64,000 nt of DNA from an uncultured Alphaproteobacteria bacterium (GCA_913061155.1 CAJXSI010000001.1:13955-77954); one strand, 5' to 3'; positions 30,265 to 39,354 are shown, counted from the first letter of the stretch. Program-made: numbers and translations. The notes: generated from the letters alone by a model not told the origin.

Positions 30265-30462
30265 CTATTACCCATGGTGTGGGTAAATGTCAACCACTGC
30301 AGAGGCTCCGCCAACAAGCCCCTTATAGAATCTAAATTATTTTTTCTCTTTTCGGCTTTTTTGGTATCGCTATCAATTTTGTAGGCTATGTAATGATTTC
30401 TGGAGATAAATATTAATGGCCACTACCGTTAGACCGGCCCCAGCAGATAGGGTGGGATTTAT

Positions 30463-30633
30463 TTATTTTCTGGCCTTGTCTTCATTCGTATTAACAAAAA
30501 TTTTACTGCAATAGGGGCATTGAATCTTTTCCCCATCCTTTAGTTTAAGAAAAATACGGGGGTGACCGTAAGGGGAAGGTTCCCCATTGCAGGCAACTGT
30601 TGTTTGCTTTGTTAATGTAATACCAGTTTTCAT
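30463..30633 (-). CDS. zf-CHCC zinc-finger mini-protein (NDUFS6-like, 56 aa)
   Basis: Translated by hand from the minus strand, since it is below the ORF-track cutoff: MKTGITLTKQTTVACNGEPSPYGHPRIFLKLKDGEKIQCPYCSKIFVNTNEDKARK. It carries the GHP-R-hydrophobic ... C-P-Y-C pattern of zf-CHCC. Confidence 0.55.
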   Translation of the reverse strand: MKTGITLTKQTTVACNGEPSPYGHPRIFLKLKDGEKIQCPYCSKIFVNTNEDKARK

Positions 30634-30671
30634 ATATTAAATTTACTATTTTAGGGGCTTAAAATACAAGA

Positions 30672-31343
30672 TTAAATTTCTTTTCGAAAGATCGCCCGGT
30701 CTTCGGCTGTGTGATATTTACCGGCTTTATACGTTTCAAAATCTTTTTGCTTCCAAGTCAATGCAACATACCCTGTTGTGACGGGTTTTTTGTTTTTTGG
30801 AAACAGCCCAAGAATTTTTTCTTGCGCTGTTTTTGTTTGGCTTTCATCATCTACCAAGATTTCAATTTCTACGAAGTTGCCTAAGTTTTTTACCTGGTCC
30901 ACGCAAATGGTTGTTGTTCCTTTTTTATAGGTCTCCCTGGTTTTATCCACCGTGATTGATTGTGAAAGATTGTTTTGGGAAAGAAAAGAATCAAATGAAT
31001 TAACCCCATCTTTGTTTAATCCAAGTAGATCTAAAAGATCATGCAGGGCAGGGATTTTTTCAGCTTTAAAAGGAATATCAAAACTATATTCATTACAGTG
31101 GGTATACTCTTCAGAAAAACGTTCAGACTGGATATCTCGCATATTAAATTTGAAATCCAGGACATCTTTGTTTCGAGCCCTTATAAAAATACCTTTTTTA
31201 AATAAGTCATTTTTTGAGTTATCATAATAGATGTCTTCTAAACGGTTTGTTGAATCATATGAAAACCCTTGATCCAATACTGCCTTGATATCATCTTCAC
31301 TATTAACCTCAAATTTTAATTCAACTTCTATTTGTTTCATCAC
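30672..31343 (-). CDS. CYTH-domain protein (CyaB/thiamine-triphosphatase-like triphosphate tunnel fold), putative
   Basis: N-terminal IEVELKFEV matches the CYTH E-x-E-x-K signature. Acidic residues recur on alternating strands. Lies 3 nt downstream of the 620-aa secreted protein gene. Confidence 0.45.
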   Translation of the reverse strand: MMKQIEVELKFEVNSEDDIKAVLDQGFSYDSTNRLEDIYYDNSKNDLFKKGIFIRARNKDVLDFKFNMRDIQSERFSEEYTHCNEYSFDIPFKAEKIPALHDLLDLLGLNKDGVNSFDSFLSQNNLSQSITVDKTRETYKKGTTTICVDQVKNLGNFVEIEILVDDESQTKTAQEKILGLFPKNKKPVTTGYVALTWKQKDFETYKAGKYHTAEDRAIFRKEI

Positions 31344-31346
31344 AAC

Positions 31347-33209
31347 CTATTCTTCTAATTTTTTAAGGACATCTTCATAAGATTCAAACTTTGTTGCCCA
31401 ATCTAAGCCAATATTGCCAGGCCAAGTTGGTTTCGCCACAGGGATCTCTTTCTTCAAAATTTCAAAAAACTCTGGGCTAACCAGTTTGGTTAATTGGGTG
31501 ACTGGCATATTTTTTAATTTATTGATGACTTCAATCCCTTTTTTGGGAGGTATCTTAGACCCTTCCTTCCAGTTATCTCTAAGAGAATCATGAAAATCAA
31601 CCGTTTTCCGATCAAGAAACCTTATGGCTTTGATGAGCGCTTGAAATTTTTTATTGGGGTTATAAAGCCTGTATATAGATGTGCCTTTGGGGCTGACAAA
31701 ATCAGGGGTGTGAGTATCTTTGTAAAATTCTATAATAATCTTTTCAATTGCTTCACTGTAGGGTTTTGATGTTAATAAATATGGAGCTGTCCCATCTGGT
31801 ATTTCAAACCCTTTAAGATAGTCAGGAATGAAACTATCTGTTCGTTCGTCAAGCTTTTTAACATTATCAATTTGTTCAAGAATGTCCCTTGTTGCAGGAA
31901 GGTCATCGGGATACACTTCACGGAAAAGGTTATAACGTGTCACTTGACGTAACTGATAATCACTAAGACGATCAATAGACTTAATCACTTGAAGTCTTTT
32001 TTCTAAATTGTACATAAAGGGAATTTTTCTGGCAATTTGAAGCCACAGATCAAATTTTTCACCATTTAAAAATACAGCATTGCTGTATGTCTTGGCTTTT
32101 TTTCCAAAATTATTTTTACTCAAGCGGACAACTGCCTTCAATAATTCTAAGCGTTTTTCTGCAGTAATGCCCGTTGTGGTCATTTCTGTGACGATCCTTT
32201 TTATTGTATCTGCTTGGCTAGGTTCCAGACCTCTTAAAAGCTCATCCACTTTTTTCCTGACATCAGGGGATATAGATTTGTCATACCACAGTTTTTCATG
32301 TCTTTTCCCAAATTTAGTATTTTCGCTTTTTGTTGCTTTCCAACCCCCGTCAGGTGCAAATTCTTTTTCCAATATTCCTTTTGTTTCTTTTAAGGCTTTG
32401 CCAAAGCTGATTTTTAAGGCTTTTTCAGTGTTAAGTTTCTTCTCTTGTACAGTTTCTGGAAAGTGGAAAAAACTAAATTCATTTTTACTAAATTCGATAG
32501 ACGTTGGGGCTTTCCGCCCGTTATCTTCATGAATGAATTTTACTTGCCGGTGTAGGATGTTTATAAGCCAATACAACAGCTTTTTATCTTTCTCTGTTTG
32601 TGCCTTATCAAGTTTTTCTAAAGTTGATAGGCCATATTTGTCAAAAGCTTTTTCATAGGAAATACCATCAAATTTCATGTCTTTATTTGCATTAAGGCAC
32701 TGTTCAGTTGATTTATTGCTGCATACCTTGCGCCCATCCAGCACATCAGATGAATCGCTGGCTGCTTTACAGGCATAATATATATAAGGGTCTTTACAGT
32801 TTGATGCGTTACAAACAGAGGAACATGCCTTGTTTCCACCGCCAAAACCAGTATCAATTATGTTTCCACAAGCATACAAACCAATTTGGCACATGTTATC
32901 GACACCTAATAATTTTTCTTTATTGTCTGTATATAGTTCAAAATTATGGGCAGTAACGTGTTGCCCAAATTTAGTTGCTGCAATTATAAGAAGAGGCCCC
33001 TTTGATCCAATTATTGTGGATTTTGAAGATCGTTTGATGGATGGTTTTGGGCATTTTTTATTTTTTATAAGCGTGATATAGTTTGCACATGTTTTGAACA
33101 TGGCATAAATATTGGGACGTTCTGCATAAAGGCTGCTATTGAAGGCGCTTGCTGTATTGGATAAAGCCAAAAACCCCGCCACCAATAAAAATATTCTAAT
33201 TTTTTTCAT
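31347..33209 (-). CDS. Large secreted hypothetical protein (620 aa) with a Cys-rich N-terminal region
   Basis: Signal peptide MKKIRIFLLVAGFLALSNTASA. Cys cluster in residues ~40-170. No recognisable catalytic motif. Confidence 0.45.
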   Translation of the reverse strand: MKKIRIFLLVAGFLALSNTASAFNSSLYAERPNIYAMFKTCANYITLIKNKKCPKPSIKRSSKSTIIGSKGPLLIIAATKFGQHVTAHNFELYTDNKEKLLGVDNMCQIGLYACGNIIDTGFGGGNKACSSVCNASNCKDPYIYYACKAASDSSDVLDGRKVCSNKSTEQCLNANKDMKFDGISYEKAFDKYGLSTLEKLDKAQTEKDKKLLYWLINILHRQVKFIHEDNGRKAPTSIEFSKNEFSFFHFPETVQEKKLNTEKALKISFGKALKETKGILEKEFAPDGGWKATKSENTKFGKRHEKLWYDKSISPDVRKKVDELLRGLEPSQADTIKRIVTEMTTTGITAEKRLELLKAVVRLSKNNFGKKAKTYSNAVFLNGEKFDLWLQIARKIPFMYNLEKRLQVIKSIDRLSDYQLRQVTRYNLFREVYPDDLPATRDILEQIDNVKKLDERTDSFIPDYLKGFEIPDGTAPYLLTSKPYSEAIEKIIIEFYKDTHTPDFVSPKGTSIYRLYNPNKKFQALIKAIRFLDRKTVDFHDSLRDNWKEGSKIPPKKGIEVINKLKNMPVTQLTKLVSPEFFEILKKEIPVAKPTWPGNIGLDWATKFESYEDVLKKLEE

Positions 33210-33406
33210 TTTATGCCTCCCTAATCTTAAAATAGGATACCAGAGTTTAAAAACGAGTTAAATTTATTTTTAAAAGTTTCTTGATTTTTCACTCAAGAAA
33301 GGGCATTTTTCAAGTACAAATTGGGGGTTAAGTCACAATTTGAAATATTTATTGATTTTACGAAATACCTTTTCAGCACCATATTAAAATCTGAAAATAT
33401 TAATTT

Positions 33407-33483
<77 letters not shown>

Positions 33484-34644
33484 ATGACAGAGACAAAGAT
33501 GGAAAAGCCAAGTCAGCCAATACAGTTTATTGATTTAAAATCACAACAAGACAGGATTCGCCCTGAAATAGATAAGTCCATCCAGAAAGTTTTGGATCAT
33601 GGTCAGTATGTTATGGGGCCAGAAGTGTTCGAGTTGGAAAAACAATTGGCCGAATTTTCCCACCGCAAATATGTTGTTTCTTGCGCAAGTGGAACAGATG
33701 CCTTGACGATGGCTTTGATGGCTATGGAGGTGGGGCCAGGACAGGCTGTTTTTGTGCCTTCTTTTACCTTTACAGCCACAGCAGAGGTTGTCGCGGCTTT
33801 GGGCGCAACCCCAGTTTTCGTGGACGTTGATGAGCATACATTTAATTTGTGCTCCGATAGTCTTGAGCAAGCCATTGATATGGTGAAAAAAGACTATAGC
33901 AGCTTAAAGCCATCAGCCGTTATTCCCGTTGATTTATTTGGCCAACCTGCGGATCATGATCAAATAAAAGAAATTGCCGATAAAAATGGCTTGTGGGTTT
34001 TGGTCGATGCTGCCCAAAGTGCCGGGGCCACATATAAAGGAAAATCAACTTTGTCCAAAGGGTTGATGGCCACCACCAGTTTTTTCCCCGCAAAACCTTT
34101 AGGGGCATACGGAGACGGCGGGGCAATCTTTACGGATGATGAAGGGTTGGCCGCAAAATTAAAAGCCATAAGAATCCACGGTCAAGGAAGTGACAGGAAT
34201 GAAAATATTTGTATTGGGTTGACGGGGCGTTTGGATACACTGCAGGCAGCCATTCTTATTGAGAAATTAAATATTTTTAGGGAAGAAATTAATTTACGCC
34301 AAAAAGTGGCGGATTATTATACGGATCATCTAAAGGATGTTGTTCAGGTTCCTTATGTTATGGATGGGTGTGCCTCTGTTTGGGCCCAATATACATTAAG
34401 AATTCCTGGAAAGAATAATTTAGATCTTCAAAAAGTGTTAAAAGAAAAAGAAATTCCCACAGCTGTTTATTATCCAAGGCCTTTGCATTTGCAGCCGGCG
34501 TATAATAAGTTTCCTGTGGCACCAGATGGCCTTAGAAATACAATGCAATTATCTGAGCAAGTCATTAGTTTACCAATGTCACCATATGTGGCAGAAGCAA
34601 CACAAGACTATATAATTGAAGGAATTACAAAAGAATTTCAGTAA
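33484..34644 (+). CDS. DegT/DnrJ/EryC1/StrS-family PLP-dependent sugar aminotransferase
   Basis: FIDLKSQQDRIRPEIDKSIQKVLDHGQYVMGPEV...CASGTDAL...DAAQSAGATYKGKS, with a Lys in the expected PLP position. The first ATG abuts the tRNA; an alternative start is 33499. Confidence 0.8.
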   Translation: MTETKMEKPSQPIQFIDLKSQQDRIRPEIDKSIQKVLDHGQYVMGPEVFELEKQLAEFSHRKYVVSCASGTDALTMALMAMEVGPGQAVFVPSFTFTATAEVVAALGATPVFVDVDEHTFNLCSDSLEQAIDMVKKDYSSLKPSAVIPVDLFGQPADHDQIKEIADKNGLWVLVDAAQSAGATYKGKSTLSKGLMATTSFFPAKPLGAYGDGGAIFTDDEGLAAKLKAIRIHGQGSDRNENICIGLTGRLDTLQAAILIEKLNIFREEINLRQKVADYYTDHLKDVVQVPYVMDGCASVWAQYTLRIPGKNNLDLQKVLKEKEIPTAVYYPRPLHLQPAYNKFPVAPDGLRNTMQLSEQVISLPMSPYVAEATQDYIIEGITKEFQ

Positions 34645-34727
34645 AATGTGATTTTACAGTTGACAAACAGGGGTAAAATCACCTATCTCCCTAGTATATA
34701 AATATTTTTAACTTGTGTTGAAATCCC

Positions 34728-34813
34728 GGAGGGGTGGCCGAGTGGTTAAAGGCAGCAGACTGTAAATCTGCCCGCGTATGCGTACGCAGGTTCGAATCCT
34801 GCCCCCTCCACCA
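34728..34813 (+). tRNA. tRNA-Tyr (anticodon GTA)
   Basis: GGAGGGG/CCCCTCC acceptor stem, anticodon loop CTGTAAA, long variable arm, T-loop TTCGAAT, CCA. Confidence 0.9.
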
Positions 34814-34827
34814 TTCACACAAAATAT

Positions 34828-34901
34828 GCGGGTGTAGCTCAAAGGTAGAGCCCCAGCCTTCCAAGCTGGTAGTGTGGGTTCGATTCCCATCACCCGCTCC
34901 A
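34828..34901 (+). tRNA. tRNA-Gly (anticodon TCC)
   Basis: GCGGGTG/CACCCGC acceptor stem, anticodon loop CTTCCAA, T-loop TTCGATT, CCA. Confidence 0.9.
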
Positions 34902-34927
34902 ATTTATTTAGAATATTTGTAGGGAAA

Positions 34928-36153
34928 AGAAAAAAGGTAAGGAGAAGAAAGAAATGGGAAAAGCGAAGTTTGAAAGGACGAAGCCGCACGTAAACATAGG
35001 AACGATTGGGCACGTGGACCATGGGAAGACGACATTAACAGCGGCGATTACGAAAGTATTGTCTGTGGGTGGTGGCGCAGAATTTAAAGCGTATGATCAG
35101 ATTGATGGAGCGCCAGAAGAAAGAGAACGCGGGATTACGATATCAACAGCCCACGTTGAATATGAAACAGCAAACCGTCATTATGCGCACGTTGACTGTC
35201 CAGGACACGCCGATTATGTAAAGAACATGATTACGGGTGCGGCCCAAATGGATGGTGGTATTTTGGTTGTATCGGCAACAGACGGACCGATGCCACAAAC
35301 GCGTGAGCATATCTTGTTAGCGCGCCAAGTTGGTGTACCAGCCTTGGTTGTGTTCATGAACAAGTGTGACCAAGTGGATGATCCAGAATTGTTAGACTTG
35401 GTGGAAATGGAAATTCGTGAATTGCTAAGCAGTTATGAATTCCCAGGGGATGATATTCCAGTGATCCGTGGGTCAGCTTTGTGTGCATTGGAAGGGACCA
35501 ATCCAGAGCTTGGTGAGCAGGCAGTTACGAAATTGATGGAAGAGGTAGATAACTATATTCCAGCACCGGAACGTGATAAGGACAAACCATTCTTGATGCC
35601 GATTGAAGATGTCTTTTCAATTCCAGGACGTGGAACAGTTGTAACAGGACGTGTTGAAAGCGGAGTTATTAATGTTGGTGAAGAAGTAGAAATTGTTGGG
35701 ATTAGAGACACAGTAAAGACAACAGTAACGGGCGTTGAAATGTTCCGTAAGTTGTTGGATCATGGTGAAGCTGGTGACAACATTGGTGCATTGTTACGTG
35801 GGACAAAGAAAGAAGATGTGGAACGCGGTCAAGTATTGACAGCGCCAGGAAAGATTAAGCCGCACACAAGATTCATGTGTGAAGCCTATGTCTTGACGAA
35901 AGATGAAGGGGGGCGTCATACACCGTTCTTCTCAAACTATCGTCCACAGTTCTATTTTAGAACAACAGACGTGACGGGATCGACAGTATTGCCAGAAGGG
36001 ACAGAGATGGTAATGCCAGGAGATAACATCACAATGGAAGTAAGTTTAATTGCACCGATTGCTATGGACGAAGGACTTCGTTTCGCAATACGTGAAGGTG
36101 GCCGTACTGTTGGTGCCGGTGTCGTTACTAAAATTATTGAATAATAATCTTAG
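34928..36153 (+). repeat. tuf repeat copy A (~1.2 kb, near-identical to 50865-52089)
   Basis: Identity starts within the shared SD region GAAAAAAGGTAAGGAGAAGAAAGAAATG and ends just after TAATAATCTT. Only one nucleotide difference was noticed by eye (36123 C vs 52058 T, synonymous). Confidence 0.8.
34954..36144 (+). CDS. tuf: Elongation factor Tu (copy 1)
   Basis: [14 protein letters not shown]..., [12 protein letters not shown] motifs. 396 aa, identical in protein sequence to the copy at 50889. Confidence 0.97.
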   Translation: MGKAKFERTKPHVNIGTIGHVDHGKTTLTAAITKVLSVGGGAEFKAYDQIDGAPEERERGITISTAHVEYETANRHYAHVDCPGHADYVKNMITGAAQMDGGILVVSATDGPMPQTREHILLARQVGVPALVVFMNKCDQVDDPELLDLVEMEIRELLSSYEFPGDDIPVIRGSALCALEGTNPELGEQAVTKLMEEVDNYIPAPERDKDKPFLMPIEDVFSIPGRGTVVTGRVESGVINVGEEVEIVGIRDTVKTTVTGVEMFRKLLDHGEAGDNIGALLRGTKKEDVERGQVLTAPGKIKPHTRFMCEAYVLTKDEGGRHTPFFSNYRPQFYFRTTDVTGSTVLPEGTEMVMPGDNITMEVSLIAPIAMDEGLRFAIREGGRTVGAGVVTKIIE

Positions 36154-36169
36154 TAATATAAAATATTAC

Positions 36170-36196
36170 TTAGGGGCCTTGACGTAGGGCCCCTAA
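36170..36196 (+). terminator. Hairpin after tuf copy 1 (possible terminator or processing stem)
   Basis: TTAGGGGCC-n9-GGCCCCTAA perfect 9-bp GC-rich stem followed by TATCTATATT. tRNA-Trp follows 14 nt later. Confidence 0.45.
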
Positions 36197-36209
36197 TATC
36201 TATATTAAT

Positions 36210-36285
36210 AGGAGCGTAGTTCAATTGGTAGAATACCGGTCTCCAAAACCGGGGGTTGTGGGTTCGAGTCCCTCCGCTCCTGCCA
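36210..36285 (+). tRNA. tRNA-Trp (anticodon CCA)
   Basis: AGGAGCG/CGCTCCT acceptor stem, anticodon loop CTCCAAA, T-loop TTCGAGT, CCA. One T-T mismatch in the T-stem. Confidence 0.85.
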
Positions 36286-36329
36286 TTATATAGATAGCGC
36301 AGTGCGTAACAGAAGTAAGAGTAAAATTT

Positions 36330-36521
36330 ATGATTAGCCCAATACAATTTGTACAACAGGTAAAGCGAGAAGTTTCAAAAGTAACTTGGCCAACGCGTAA
36401 GGAAGTTATTACAACAAGTATTATGACGTTCATTCTTGTGATGCTGGCAGCAATTTTCTTTTTGTTGGTGGATCAGGTGTTGGTTCGTGTTGTTCGTTTA
36501 ATTCTAGGGCTAGGGGAATAG
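36330..36521 (+). CDS. secE: Preprotein translocase SecE
   Basis: Single-TM 63-aa protein, REVSKVTWPTRKEV motif, positioned between tRNA-Trp and nusG. Confidence 0.85.
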   Translation: MISPIQFVQQVKREVSKVTWPTRKEVITTSIMTFILVMLAAIFFLLVDQVLVRVVRLILGLGE

Positions 36522-36524
36522 TTA

Positions 36525-37055
36525 ATGAGTCACCGTTGGTATGTAATCCATGTATATTCAGGTAATGAAAATAAAGTAGCGGAATCAATTCGTGAACAAG
36601 CCAAAAAGCATGGTTTGGACGAAAGTTTTTCTGAAATTATGGTCCCAACTCATGAGGTTGTGGAAGTTAGACGTGGAAAAAAAGTAACGGCAGATAAAAA
36701 GTTTTTCCCTGGATATGTTCTGATTAAGATGGAATTGACAGATGAATCCTGGCACCTTGTCAGGGAGACACCAAAAATAACTGGCTTTCTAGGGTCAAAA
36801 GGTCGACCAACACCTATAAGTAATTCTGAAGCAGAACGTATGATTCAGCAGATAACGGATGGTGTTGGAAGTGGGAAAGATGGTCTTCATTTTGAAATAG
36901 GTGAACAAGTTCGCGTATGCGAAGGACCATTTGCTTCGTTCAATGGGGTTGTTGAAGAGGTTGATGAGGATAAATCAAGATTAAAGGTGACTGTGACGAT
37001 TTTTGGTCGTGCAACGCCTGTTGATCTGGATTATTCTCAAGTTGAAAAATTATAG
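36525..37055 (+). CDS. nusG: Transcription antiterminator NusG
   Basis: WYVIHVYSGNENKV NGN domain and the C-terminal KOW (GEQVRVCEGPFASFNGVV). Confidence 0.95.
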   Translation: MSHRWYVIHVYSGNENKVAESIREQAKKHGLDESFSEIMVPTHEVVEVRRGKKVTADKKFFPGYVLIKMELTDESWHLVRETPKITGFLGSKGRPTPISNSEAERMIQQITDGVGSGKDGLHFEIGEQVRVCEGPFASFNGVVEEVDEDKSRLKVTVTIFGRATPVDLDYSQVEKL

Positions 37056-37112
37056 TTTGGTAAGTTGGCCATAGCTGTGTACCACACTATATAAATACTG
37101 AAAGAGGATAAA

Positions 37113-37541
37113 ATGGCAAAAAAGATACAAGGTTATATTAATCTTATTATACCTGCTGGCAAGGCAAATCCATCGCCACCAGTTGGTCCGGCTCTTGGTC
37201 AAAGAGGGCTTAATATTATGGAATTTTGTAAGGCGTTTAATGCGGCGACACAAAAAATGGAACCTGGTGTTCCGATTCCAGTCGTAATTACTGCATATTC
37301 CGATAGAACATTTTCATTTATTACAAAAACACCACCTGCAAGTCACTTGTTGAAAAAAGCAGCAAGCAAGCCAAAAGGGTCAAGCGCCCCAGGTCGTGAA
37401 AAAATTGGAACTGTAACAATGGCGCAAGTGCGTGAAATTGCAGAAACAAAGATGAATGATTTAAATGCGAATGATATTGATGCTGCGTGCCAAATCATTA
37501 AAGGTTCAGCAAGGTCAATGGGTATCGAGGTTACGGAGTAG
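37113..37541 (+). CDS. rplK: 50S ribosomal protein L11
   Basis: [30 protein letters not shown] is canonical L11. Confidence 0.95.
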   Translation: MAKKIQGYINLIIPAGKANPSPPVGPALGQRGLNIMEFCKAFNAATQKMEPGVPIPVVITAYSDRTFSFITKTPPASHLLKKAASKPKGSSAPGREKIGTVTMAQVREIAETKMNDLNANDIDAACQIIKGSARSMGIEVTE

Positions 37542-37544
37542 AAA

Positions 37545-38237
37545 ATGACAGTAGTAGGAAAACGTTTACGTAAGGTGTATGAAGGTATTAACCGCGAAGG
37601 TGTATACAAGATTTCAGATGCTCTTGCGCTTTTGATCGACCCAAAGGGTGCGACAAAATTTGATCAGACATTAGATTTATCAATGAACTTGAATGTTGAC
37701 GTTCGCAAGGCAGATCAGCAGGTTCGCGGTGTTGTGCAACTTCCGCATGGAACAGGCAAGAAAATCCGTATTGGTGTTTTTTGTTCCCCGGAGAAAGCTG
37801 AAGAAGCCAAGAAAGCCGGTGCAGATGTTGTTGGTGGTGAAGACTTGGTGGAAGAGGTTTCTAAGGGTCAAGTTGATTTTGACAAATGTATTTCAACGCC
37901 AGATATGATGGCAAAAGTTGGTAAGCTTGGTAAAGTATTGGGGCCAAAGGGTCTTATGCCAAACCCCAAGGTTGGTACTGTGACAATGGATATTGCCGCA
38001 GCTGTTAAGGCCTTGAAGGCAGGGCAGGTTGAATACCGTGCAGAAAAAAATGGAATTGTGCATGCGGGTGTTGGTAAGGTTAGCTTTGATGTTAAAAAGC
38101 TAGAAGAAAACCTTCGGGCCTTTGTGTCAGCCGTTCTTAAGGCGAAACCTAGTGGTGTTAAAGGGACTTATCTTAAAAAAGTGACTATAAGCACGACGAT
38201 GGGACCTGGTTTGAAAATTGATTTAACAGATCTTTAA
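37545..38237 (+). CDS. rplA: 50S ribosomal protein L1
   Basis: Order in the rplKAJL cluster and ...[22 protein letters not shown]. Confidence 0.95.
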   Translation: MTVVGKRLRKVYEGINREGVYKISDALALLIDPKGATKFDQTLDLSMNLNVDVRKADQQVRGVVQLPHGTGKKIRIGVFCSPEKAEEAKKAGADVVGGEDLVEEVSKGQVDFDKCISTPDMMAKVGKLGKVLGPKGLMPNPKVGTVTMDIAAAVKALKAGQVEYRAEKNGIVHAGVGKVSFDVKKLEENLRAFVSAVLKAKPSGVKGTYLKKVTISTTMGPGLKIDLTDL

Positions 38238-38391
38238 AATAAAGGTTGATTTTCAAGTTAGTATCGTTATATTAACATTAATTAAGTCGAAGATTGTAGG
38301 TGCGCTAAGCGTATAATATTTAACCTGCATGAGGCAAGGTTTAAACTTTCCTCCCAGGAAAACTCCTTCGACAAAAAAATGGAGACTAAGA

Positions 38392-38901
38392 GTGAATAAG
38401 CAACAAAAGCAAGATTTTGTTCAAAACCTTCGTAAAGGACTTGGTGATTCCAGTGTGTTGGTTGTAACCACACAATCTGGTATGACAGTGTCTGAAGCTG
38501 CTGAATTACGTGCGAAAATGCGTGAAGCAGGTGCTTCGTTTAAGGTGGTTAAGAACACACTTGCGAAAATAGCAATCAAAGATACGAAGTATGAAAAAGT
38601 AAGTGATCTTTTGAAGGGGCCAATTGCTTTGGCATACTCAAGTGATCCAATTGCAGCAACCAAGGTGGCTGTTGACTATGCTAAGGCAAATGAAAAGCTT
38701 CAGCTGGTTGGTGGTATCATGGATGAAAGATTGATGGAAGTTGCTGATGTTAAAAAATTGGCGTCCCTTCCGTCATTGGATGAGCTTCGTGCAAAAATCG
38801 CTGGTGTTATTATGATGCCTGCGACACAGATTGCCACATTAATACGTGAGCCCGCTGCAGGAATTGCAAGGGTCTTACAAGCTCGTAGTCAACAAGGTTA
38901 A
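38392..38901 (+). CDS. rplJ: 50S ribosomal protein L10
   Basis: Start placed at the GTG (…GGAGACTAAGAGTG) giving VNKQQKQDFVQNLRK, which is typical of L10. The longer ORF-track start at 38329 lacks an SD. Confidence 0.85.
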   Translation: MNKQQKQDFVQNLRKGLGDSSVLVVTTQSGMTVSEAAELRAKMREAGASFKVVKNTLAKIAIKDTKYEKVSDLLKGPIALAYSSDPIAATKVAVDYAKANEKLQLVGGIMDERLMEVADVKKLASLPSLDELRAKIAGVIMMPATQIATLIREPAAGIARVLQARSQQG

Positions 38902-38925
38902 TTGTATTTAGTAGAGGAGAAAAAA

Positions 38926-39297
38926 ATGTCTAATAACCTAACACAAATCGTAGAGTCATTATCAAAATTAACAGTTATGGAAGCTGCAGAACTTGTTTCC
39001 AAACTAGAAGAAGAATGGGGTGTTTCCGCTTCTGCTGTTGCTGCACCTGCCGCAGCTGCTGCTCCAGCTGAAGCTGCTGCTGAGCAAACAGAGTTTGATG
39101 TTATTTTGAAAGCTGCAGGCGCAAACAAAATTTCTGTAATTAAAGAAGTTCGTGGTATTACAGGTCTAGGGCTTAAAGAAGCTAAAGATTTGGTTGAAGC
39201 CGCACCTAAAGCTGTTAAAGAAGCAGTTTCAAAGGATGAAGCTGAAGAAATCGCTAAGAAACTTAAGGATGCTGGTGCAGAGGCTGAAGTTAAATAG
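38926..39297 (+). CDS. rplL: 50S ribosomal protein L7/L12
   Basis: [24 protein letters not shown]..., an Ala-rich hinge and a C-terminal ...KEAKDLVE...AEAEVK. SD GGAGGAGA upstream. Confidence 0.95.
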   Translation: MSNNLTQIVESLSKLTVMEAAELVSKLEEEWGVSASAVAAPAAAAAPAEAAAEQTEFDVILKAAGANKISVIKEVRGITGLGLKEAKDLVEAAPKAVKEAVSKDEAEEIAKKLKDAGAEAEVK

Positions 39298-39340
39298 TCA
39301 ATGCCATTGGTGTTTATTAAGAAATAGAACAAGCAATGTG

Positions 39341-39354
39341 TGCCGTTTTCGGCA
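39341..39354 (+). promoter_or_regulatory. Short hairpin in the rplL-rpoB spacer (possible attenuator)
   Basis: TGCCG-TTTT-CGGCA stem-loop. No strong T-tract follows, so it is at best a partial terminator, as is known for this spacer in other bacteria. Confidence 0.3.

Noticed and set aside
30265-30462. GC-rich snippet GGCCACTACCGTTAGACCGGCCCC, considered as a tRNA fragment or att-site remnant
   Set aside because: No acceptor/T-arm pairing and no match to the 3' ends of the nearby tRNAs, so the evidence is insufficient.
34708-35022. ORFs 34708-35022 (−) and 34734-34922 (+)
   Set aside because: Both are translations across the tRNA-Tyr/tRNA-Gly pair and the tuf leader. They are not real genes.
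36150-36433. Two minus-strand ORFs overlapping tRNA-Trp and the secE start
   Set aside because: They are antisense to tRNA-Trp and secE, with no SD. They are spurious.
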